In this document: piece after piece, positions 37,133 to 43,471 of the stretch
Numbering within the stretch: the stretch's first letter is position 1
Layout: every line of letters begins with the position of its first letter
Origin: Nocardioides sp.
GTDB lineage: Bacteria; Actinomycetota; Actinomycetes; Propionibacteriales; Nocardioidaceae
DNA length: 46,656 nucleotides
Direction of reading: 5' to 3'
NCBI GenBank assembly: GCA_036741335.1
Contig: DAINSL010000002.1
Location: 1-46,656 of the forward strand
The notes under the pieces: model-generated
What the model was told of the DNA's origin: nothing
Seen by the model: only the letters and a program-made list of their open reading frames with translations
Database searches by the model: none
Made by a program: the position numbers and the translations under genes

Positions 37133-38043
37133 ATGTAGTCGCTGGGTGGGCAGGGCGCGTCGGCGTCGATGCGCTCGATGTGTTCGATGCGCTCGACCGG
37201 GGCGCCGCGCTCCGCGCGCTCGCTGGACTCCAGGGTCCGCTCGGGGACGCCCGACGCGACCTGCGGGTTGAACGCCAGCTGCACGCGGACCTTCTCGCGC
37301 TGGTCGGCGAACCACGGGTCGACCAGCCACATCGCCACGATCACCAGCGCCCAGCCGACGAGCACGTCGAGGATCCAGTGGTTGCCGGTGCCGACGATGA
37401 CGGCGGCGGTGATGAAGGCGTGCAGCCAGGCCAGGCCGCGGGCCCAGTAGTTGCGCGTCGTACGGCGGACCACCAGGGCCACCCAGAGCGCCCAGCCGGC
37501 GTGCAGGCTCGGGAACGCGGCCAGCTCGTTGGTCAGCCCGCCCATGCCCTTCGGGGCCGAGGCGTCGGCACCCCACCAGCCGGCACCCGCGTGCAGCTTG
37601 AGCACGTCGATGTAGCCGCTGCTGAGGAGCCGCGGCGGCGCGGTCGGCAGCAGCAGATAGCAGGCCAGCGCGATCAGCGAGGCCACGACCAGCGCCCAGC
37701 GGGCGGGCGAGTAGGTGTCGTGTCCCTTGCGGTAGAGCCAGACCAGCACGAAGAGCGTGACGGCGTAGTGCGCAGCGGCGTACCAGTAGCACGCCGGGAT
37801 CGCCGCCCACGCGTGCGCGACGAACCAGTTGTTGATCGGGTGCTCCCAGTCGATGTGCAGCACCGACTCGAGGTGGCGCAGGTCCTCGGCGCGGTCCTGG
37901 GAGGGTCCGAGGTCGCCGTCGGCGACCGTCCGGGTCACGCAGTAGAAGACGTAGAGGCAGCCGATCAGCGCGATCTCGCGAGCGCCGCGTCGCCCGAGGA
38001 GGCCCCCCCGGGCGATCGCAGGCAGAGTCGACCTCACGCTCAT
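37129..38043 (-). CDS. PAP2_3 / AUR1-like membrane phosphotransferase
   Basis: PTAPPRLL, AAFPSLHAGW and TGNHWILD motifs; multi-TM. Start is 38043 or 38052. Confidence 0.85.
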   Translation of the reverse strand: MSVRSTLPAIARGGLLGRRGAREIALIGCLYVFYCVTRTVADGDLGPSQDRAEDLRHLESVLHIDWEHPINNWFVAHAWAAIPACYWYAAAHYAVTLFVLVWLYRKGHDTYSPARWALVVASLIALACYLLLPTAPPRLLSSGYIDVLKLHAGAGWWGADASAPKGMGGLTNELAAFPSLHAGWALWVALVVRRTTRNYWARGLAWLHAFITAAVIVGTGNHWILDVLVGWALVIVAMWLVDPWFADQREKVRVQLAFNPQVASGVPERTLESSERAERGAPVERIEHIERIDADAPCPPSDYI

Positions 38044-38116
38044 CCGGGACATCCTCTCAGGTCCGCAGGAGGATTTGCATCATCCTTATGACGCACGAGG
38101 AGCCCGGGGTATTCGG

Positions 38117-38845
38117 TCAGATACGTCGCAGGACCGCGGTCACCTTGCCGAGGATCGTGGCGTGGGTGCCGTCGATCGGGTCGTACGCCGCGTTGTGCGG
38201 CAGCAGCCAGACGTGGCCGTCCTTGCGCTGGAAGGTCTTGACCGTGGCCTCGCCGTCGATCAGTGCGGCCACGATGTCGCCGTTCTCGGCGGTCTGCTCC
38301 TGGCGCACCACGACGTAGTCGCCGCTGCAGATCGCCGCGTCGACCATCGAGTCGCCGGAGACCTCGAGCATGAAGAGCGTGCCCTCGCCGACCAGCTGCT
38401 TGGGCAGCGGGAAGACGTCTTCGAGGGTCTCCTCAGCCAGGATCGGACCGCCGGCCGCGATCCGCCCGAGCATCGGGACGTAGGTGGCCGCCGGCATCGC
38501 GTCGCCGACGCCGGTCTCGTCGTACGATGTCTCGTCGTCGGTCGTGGTCGACCCCATCGACCGCCGGGCCGCCATCACCTCGGGGAGGAACACCTCGAGG
38601 GCGCGTGGGCGGTTGGGGTCGCGCTTGAGGAAGCCCTTCTGCTCCAGCACCCGGAGCTGGTGGGCGACGCTGGAGCTGCTGGTGAGCCCGACCTTCTCGC
38701 CGATCTCGCGCATGCTGGGCGGGTAGCCGCGCTGCTCGATGGACTCCTTGATCGCGACCAGCACCCGCGTCTGGCGCGGCGTGAGCCCGGTGGCGTCGGG
38801 TGGACCGTCGGGGAGCTCACTTACCTTGCGGCTGCTCTTCGTCAT
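38117..38845 (-). CDS. lexA: SOS repressor LexA
   Basis: [17 protein letters not shown], cleavage site RIAAG, GDSM (Ser) and EATVKT (Lys). Confidence 0.98.
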   Translation of the reverse strand: MTKSSRKVSELPDGPPDATGLTPRQTRVLVAIKESIEQRGYPPSMREIGEKVGLTSSSSVAHQLRVLEQKGFLKRDPNRPRALEVFLPEVMAARRSMGSTTTDDETSYDETGVGDAMPAATYVPMLGRIAAGGPILAEETLEDVFPLPKQLVGEGTLFMLEVSGDSMVDAAICSGDYVVVRQEQTAENGDIVAALIDGEATVKTFQRKDGHVWLLPHNAAYDPIDGTHATILGKVTAVLRRI

Positions 38846-38878
38846 GCACCGAACCGTACGGCGGCGACCGCCCCGGAA

Positions 38879-38894
38879 TCAAACACCTGTTCGA
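38879..38894. promoter_or_regulatory. LexA (SOS) box upstream of lexA
   Basis: TCAAAC-ACCT-GTTCGA against the actinobacterial consensus TCGAAC-N4-GTTCGA. Confidence 0.85.
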
Positions 38895-38961
38895 ACGGGC
38901 GTGTCGTCTGCCACCCACGCGGCCGGACGCGTGAGTGGCAGACGAGGTGCTCAGTGGCGAC

Positions 38962-39636
38962 TCAGCGCGCGAGTGAGGGCTGCCGGCCGGCGGTGCGGGC
39001 CGGTGAAGTGGACCCGGTCTTCACGCTGTCCGCCCGGGTCAGGACCACCCGGCTCACGAATTCGGTCGACGCGACCGTCGCGGTCGCGTTGTTGCACAGG
39101 AAGACAGGGGTCTGCCCCTTGTGGGCGGTAAAGAGTCCGGTCCCGGACGCCACCGAGAACGTGGAGTTGACGGCGCCGTACGCGATCACCTGGATGTCGG
39201 TCGGGCCGTCGTTCAGGAAACAGATACCCGCAGTTCCCGCGGTCGTCATGCCGATGTCGAACGAGGCGATGTAGTGGCCCTTGGGCAGGTTGTTCAACGC
39301 GAGGCCGAAGGGGAGCGTCGTGCCCCCGGGGATGACGTAGTTGCGGACGTTGTTCTGAAGGGACGTTGCGTGCAACCCGTCGAGCTTGTCCGCGTTGAGG
39401 TGCTTGACCAGCTTGGAGCTGGACACGGCCAGCGGGGGTGACTTCTTGCTGGTGTGGAGCGAGAGCGCGGGACCCTTGCCGGTGTTGCTCACCGACGCGG
39501 GCTTCGACTCGCTGTTGGAGTGGCCAAGCAGGAGCGGGTGGCCGTTGGCCGCGTACGACGCGACGTTGAGGCCGGCCACCATGATCGCGGCGCCGGCCAT
39601 CACCGACACGAGTCGGTTCTTGAGCATGTTGTGCAT
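38962..39636 (-). CDS. Secreted hypothetical protein
   Basis: Signal peptide ending ASYA; SD GGGAG; LNADKLDG motif; two Cys. Confidence 0.75.
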   Translation of the reverse strand: MHNMLKNRLVSVMAGAAIMVAGLNVASYAANGHPLLLGHSNSESKPASVSNTGKGPALSLHTSKKSPPLAVSSSKLVKHLNADKLDGLHATSLQNNVRNYVIPGGTTLPFGLALNNLPKGHYIASFDIGMTTAGTAGICFLNDGPTDIQVIAYGAVNSTFSVASGTGLFTAHKGQTPVFLCNNATATVASTEFVSRVVLTRADSVKTGSTSPARTAGRQPSLAR

Positions 39637-39764
39637 GGGTACTCCCGGAGGACGAGGTCGGGCCAGGTCGGCCCGCCGATCGAACACTGCACTACGCGCA
39701 GGGACTTTGTCGCTGGTCGGGCGAAAGAAGCCGTCGAGGCTCTGACCTTCATGGTGGTTGGATC

Positions 39765-40565
39765 GTGGCCATGGACAGCTGTGTGGTCACCGGTGGGGCG
39801 CGGGGGATCGGGCGTGGCATCGCCGAGCGGATGGTGCGGAAGGGGTACCTTGTCGTGGTCACCGACGTCGACGGCGAGGCTGCGCGTCGTACCGCTGCGG
39901 AGATCGGGGCCGCCGTGGGGCTCGAGCAGGACGTCCGTGACCCGGCCGCGCACCTCTTCGTCGCGACGACGGCGCGCGACCACGGCCGGCTGGCCGCGTG
40001 GTTCAACAACGCCGGCGTCGGGGACGACGGCCGGTTGGTCGACCTGGCCGACGAGCAGGTGCAGCGCCTGGTCGAGGTGAACTTCCTGGGCTGTCTGTGG
40101 GGGATGCGCGCGGCGATCGCGGCCTTCGACGGCCGCGGCGGCGACGTCGTGAACCTCGCGTCCCTGTCGGGTCTCGGGCCGGTGCCCGGCTACGCGGTGT
40201 ACGCCGCCACCAAGGCGGCCGTGGTCTCGGTGACGATGTCGGTCTCCGCCGAGGTGCCGCGGCGCGTGCGGGTCCACGCGCTGTGCCCGGACGGCGTACA
40301 GACCGCGATGCTCGACGCCCAGGACAAGACCGCGCTGGGTTCGCAGCTGGTGCACTCCGGCGGCCGGATCCTCACCGTCGACGAGGCCGCCGACGCCGCG
40401 GTCGCGCTCGTCGGCACCCGGCGCGTCGTACGCAGCCTGCCGGGGTGGCGGGGCGCGGTGATCCGGACCAGCGCGCTGGCGCCGTCGGTGGCCAAGCACG
40501 GCACCCGGCTCTTCGCCGCCCGGGGTGCCCGGGTCATCGCTCGGCGAGCCGCCGGCGAGCGGTGA
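39765..40565 (+). CDS. SDR oxidoreductase
   Basis: TGGARGIG, NNAG, NLAS and YAATK motifs. Confidence 0.9.
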   Translation: MAMDSCVVTGGARGIGRGIAERMVRKGYLVVVTDVDGEAARRTAAEIGAAVGLEQDVRDPAAHLFVATTARDHGRLAAWFNNAGVGDDGRLVDLADEQVQRLVEVNFLGCLWGMRAAIAAFDGRGGDVVNLASLSGLGPVPGYAVYAATKAAVVSVTMSVSAEVPRRVRVHALCPDGVQTAMLDAQDKTALGSQLVHSGGRILTVDEAADAAVALVGTRRVVRSLPGWRGAVIRTSALAPSVAKHGTRLFAARGARVIARRAAGER

Positions 40566-40616
40566 CCAGTGGGGGGGTGACCCCGTCGCGGGCGTTTCGA
40601 AAATCGGCGAAAACAT

Positions 40617-40700
40617 TCGAACAGTTGTTCGTGTCGCTGTTGAAATCGTTCGAACAGGTGCTCTAACGTCGTACATGTGTTCGATCGAATGTCTGATCGA
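40617..40700 (+). promoter_or_regulatory. SOS promoter with four LexA-like boxes
   Basis: TCGAACAGTTGTTCGT 40617, TCGAACAGGTGCTCTA 40650, TCGTACATGTGTTCGA 40669, TCGAATGTCTGATCGA 40685; -35 TTGAAA 40640, -10 TAACGT 40664. Confidence 0.85.
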
Positions 40701-40814
40701 ACCACCGCCAGCCCCCACTCGGGGGTGACTGTCGGTGGTGGCCGTTAGACAGGAGATCGAACACACGGAGCCGACGGCCGCTGAACGCCAGCGGTACTTC
40801 CCCAGGAGGTCCCC

Positions 40815-41384
40815 ATGAGCACCATCACCGCCACCCGCACCACGCGGCTCAGGCCGCCCGCCGCGCCGACGCGCACGGCCGCACCCCGACGCACGGTCGC
40901 CGGGCAGGGGTTCTCCGTGGGCGGTCGCGCCGACCGGCCGTTGCTGAGGGTCGTGGCCGATGACGACCGGGGTCCGGTCATCACCCGGGTGCTTCCCGCG
41001 CCGAGCATCGAGCCCGTCCGCCAGGTCCGGCTCGAGGACTTCTTCGCCGCGGAGTACGACGGCGACGACCAGCGGCTCGAGATCGTGGCGCCGCGCGCCA
41101 GCACCGTGCGACTGACCCGGCGCGGGCGGCTGGCCGTGCTGGTCGCCTCGTTCGTCGCGGTCCTCGGGCTGGCCTTCCTGGCGGCCTCCGCCTCGATGGC
41201 CAACAGCCACCCCGAGCCCACCCGGGTCGTGACCGTGACGCCCGGCCAGACGCTCTGGGACATCTCGGCCCGTGCGGCTGCCGGCGGCGACGTCCGCTCG
41301 ATGATGAGCCACATCGAGACGATCAACCACCTCGACTCCGCCGCCCTCCAGGCCGGCCAGCACCTTCGCATCCCCACCAGCTGA
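40815..41384 (+). CDS. SOS-regulated LysM membrane protein (ChiZ/YneA-like division inhibitor)
   Basis: SD AGGAGG; VRLTRRGR plus TM plus LysM (VTVTPGQTLWDI...INHL...LQAGQHLRIP); lexA-nrdR context; long N-terminal region before the TM. Confidence 0.85.
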   Translation: MSTITATRTTRLRPPAAPTRTAAPRRTVAGQGFSVGGRADRPLLRVVADDDRGPVITRVLPAPSIEPVRQVRLEDFFAAEYDGDDQRLEIVAPRASTVRLTRRGRLAVLVASFVAVLGLAFLAASASMANSHPEPTRVVTVTPGQTLWDISARAAAGGDVRSMMSHIETINHLDSAALQAGQHLRIPTS

Positions 41385-41396
41385 CATGCACAGACT

Positions 41397-41474
41397 TCCG
41401 CCGGCCGACTCGACCCCGGCCGGCGGAGAGCCGGGGAAGACAGGGGCAGCGTCGCCCACACGGCGCTGCCCCTG
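41397..41474. terminator. Tandem GC-rich hairpins downstream of the LysM gene
   Basis: Stems 41397-41407/41417-41427 and 41441-41454/41461-41474. Confidence 0.6.
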
Positions 41475-41506
41475 AGGCTCCGGGAGTCCGGCCACCACCG
41501 TTGCCT

Positions 41507-41575
41507 GTGCGTCGTTGTGGCCCCGCACTCGCCCCGTTCCGGGGCCACAACGGTGCATGAGCGGACAAGTGGCCC
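41507..41575. repeat. Family-B 69-bp palindromic element, copy 2
   Basis: 18-bp stem 41508-41525/41540-41557 with two G-U pairs; homologous to 24018-24086. Confidence 0.75.
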
Positions 41576-41583
41576 CCGTCAGA

Positions 41584-41612
41584 CCGCTGGACGACCTTGT
41601 CGAGACCAGCGG
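41584..41612 (-). repeat. Family-A element (short form), intergenic
   Basis: CGCTGGACGACCTTGTCGAGACC, 2 mismatches to CGCTGGTCGAGCTTGTCGAGACC. Confidence 0.65.
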
Positions 41613-41629
41613 CGGACTCAGCGGCAGGC

Positions 41630-42055
41630 TCAGCGGTCGGCCAGCCGTCGTACGAACTTCAGCCCCGACCACGTCTCGTCGATGGCGGCGACCTTCACGT
41701 CGACCCAGCCGATAGTCAGGCCGAGGTCGCGGACGGCGTTCTCGGCCAGGTCGCAGTCGAGTCCGAGCCTCTTCACGGCCGCCTGTTTGGGCCAGCACAC
41801 CCACACCATCCCGGCGGTCACCGTGTGCTCGACGAGCTGCGGCAGACGCGACTCGAGCGAGGCCAGCCTGGTGTGGAACGTCAGGGTCACGTCCAGGCCG
41901 TCCCGCAGCCGTCGTACGACGTGCGCGGTCGGCGGCAGCCCGAGGTCGAGGCCGTCGGGGAGCCGGTCCAGGAGCACGACGTGGCCGTCTTTGACGCCGA
42001 GCTTGCGGGGGAGCGGGGTCCCGGAGTAGCCGGCCGTCTCCGATGGGGGAGTCAC
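41630..42055 (-). CDS. DUF3052-family protein
   Basis: GYSGTPLPRKLG...WVCWPK...VDVKVAAIDETWSGLKFVRR. Confidence 0.8.
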   Translation of the reverse strand: MTPPSETAGYSGTPLPRKLGVKDGHVVLLDRLPDGLDLGLPPTAHVVRRLRDGLDVTLTFHTRLASLESRLPQLVEHTVTAGMVWVCWPKQAAVKRLGLDCDLAENAVRDLGLTIGWVDVKVAAIDETWSGLKFVRRLADR

Positions 42056-42058
42056 GGC

Positions 42059-42454
42059 TCAGCGGGCCGCTCGGCGGCCACCCGGGGTCCGCGGCGGGGC
42101 CGCGGGCGCAGCGCCGGCGCGCAGTCGGGCCACGAACCGAGCACCCAGCAGCATCCCGACGAACAGACACGCGATCGCACCGATCGTGGCCATCGCGAGC
42201 ATCCACCAGCCGGTGCCGTCGCCGTCGCGGGCGGCGGTGCCGAAGTCGATCGCCAGATAGACCAGGTAGCCCCAGGCGACCATCGCGGCGGTGATGCCCA
42301 GCGCCAGGAAGAGCACCGACGAGCTCCGCGGGGGCTTTCCGGACGTTCCCGAGCCGACCGGATCGAGGCGGCTGGAGTCGATCCGGACCGGTGCGGCCGG
42401 TTGGGCAGCGTGCCGCGGAGCCGCATGCTTCGGCGAACCCTCCACAGCGCCCAT
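42059..42454 (-). CDS. Hypothetical two-TM membrane protein
   Basis: Two hydrophobic helices (AWGYLVYLAIDFG; ACLFVGMLL); C-terminal GGRRAAR. Confidence 0.7.
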   Translation of the reverse strand: MGAVEGSPKHAAPRHAAQPAAPVRIDSSRLDPVGSGTSGKPPRSSSVLFLALGITAAMVAWGYLVYLAIDFGTAARDGDGTGWWMLAMATIGAIACLFVGMLLGARFVARLRAGAAPAAPPRTPGGRRAAR

Positions 42455-42578
42455 TGTGACCGATCGGCGGGTACGGCGACACGCCGGTCGCGAAGACCGG
42501 TTTGGAGGGTCCGTCAGGCCGCTGACCTGTGCGAATGCGCGTCCACCCGGGGTCGCGCGAAAACACTCGCCGATTCCC

Positions 42579-42656
42579 TTGCCAACGGCTGCCACCCGAC
42601 GTACGGTTACCACTACATCTAGTAGTTACATCGTTGTGGTTTTCCACATGTAGTCC
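42579..42656 (+). promoter_or_regulatory. nrdR-nrdJ promoter with tandem NrdR boxes
   Basis: -35 TTGCCA 42579, -10 TACGGT 42602 (17-bp spacer); boxes CCACTACATCTAGTAG 42610-42625 and TTTCCACATGTAGTCC 42641-42656, 31 bp apart. Confidence 0.85.
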
Positions 42657-42796
42657 ACAGCGACCACGGGTTGGACTCACAGAAGATCGCTGGTTGTCCA
42701 CAGAAAACGGTCGCCAGTGCACAGGAAAACACCCCCGCTGCGGGGGCATTCGGCGCGCCCGCACGTTGTTGTGTACATGAGGGAGAGGAGGACCCG

Positions 42797-43351
42797 ATGC
42801 ACTGCCCGTACTGCCGCCACACCGACACCAAGGTCCTCGACTCCCGCGTGTCCGACGACGGCACCGCGATCCGCCGCCGCCGGCGCTGCGAGAGCTGCGA
42901 CAAGCGGTTCACCACCGTCGAGCTGATGCAGCTGACGGTGCTCAAGCGCTCCGGCGCGACCGAGCCGTTCAACCGCGAGAAGGCGATCGCCGGCGTCCGC
43001 AAGGCCTGCAAGGGCCGGCCGGTCTCCGAGGACGACCTGGCCTGCCTGGGGCAGACCGTCGAGGACGCGCTGCGCAACGAGGGTGCCGCCGAGCTCGCGG
43101 CCAACGAGGTCGGCCTGGCCATCCTCGGCCCGCTCCGCGCGCTCGACCCGGTCGCCTACCTGCGGTTCGCGAGCGTCTACAAGGCGTTCAGCTCCGCCGA
43201 CGACTTCGAGGACGAGATCGCCCTGCTCCGGATGGAGCAGGCCACCGAGGACGCCGAGTTGTCGGCGGTCGGTGCCACGCTGGTTGAGGAGGGCGCCCTG
43301 GGCGCCCGTCTCGAAACCAGCGCCGAGCCACACGCCGTACCCACCGGGTAA
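42797..43351 (+). CDS. nrdR: Transcriptional repressor NrdR
   Basis: MHCPYC...DSR...[19 protein letters not shown] cone, [10 protein letters not shown]. Confidence 0.97.
   Translation: MHCPYCRHTDTKVLDSRVSDDGTAIRRRRRCESCDKRFTTVELMQLTVLKRSGATEPFNREKAIAGVRKACKGRPVSEDDLACLGQTVEDALRNEGAAELAANEVGLAILGPLRALDPVAYLRFASVYKAFSSADDFEDEIALLRMEQATEDAELSAVGATLVEEGALGARLETSAEPHAVPTG
43278..43319 (+). repeat. Family-A element (long form, 42 bp) in the nrdR C-terminal tail
   Basis: CGCTGGTTGAGGAGGGCGCCCTGGGCGCCCGTCTCGAAACCA, read as [13 protein letters not shown]. Confidence 0.9.
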
Positions 43352-43360
43352 CCCACAGAC

Positions 43361-43398
43361 CACCCGGCCCGGGTGTGGGGAAGCACACGGGCCGGGTG
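43361..43398 (+). other. Strong intergenic hairpin between nrdR and nrdJ
   Basis: CACCCGGCCCG...GTGTG-GGGAAG-CACAC...CGGGCCGGGTG. Confidence 0.6.
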
Positions 43399-43471
43399 CA
43401 CCACCTCGGCGGCGAGACGCCGCCAGCAGCACAGCCCAGCACAGCCAGCGCGAAGGACACGAGGAGATTCC

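Noticed and set aside
39680..39695. LexA box in front of the inserted genes (TCGAACACTGCACTAC)
   Set aside because: Only one half-site matches; the same applies to the site at 40757.
42600..43471. Cobalamin riboswitch upstream of nrdR/nrdJ
   Set aside because: No B12-box or other cobalamin-element core is recognisable; the GGGAAG hairpin loop alone is insufficient.
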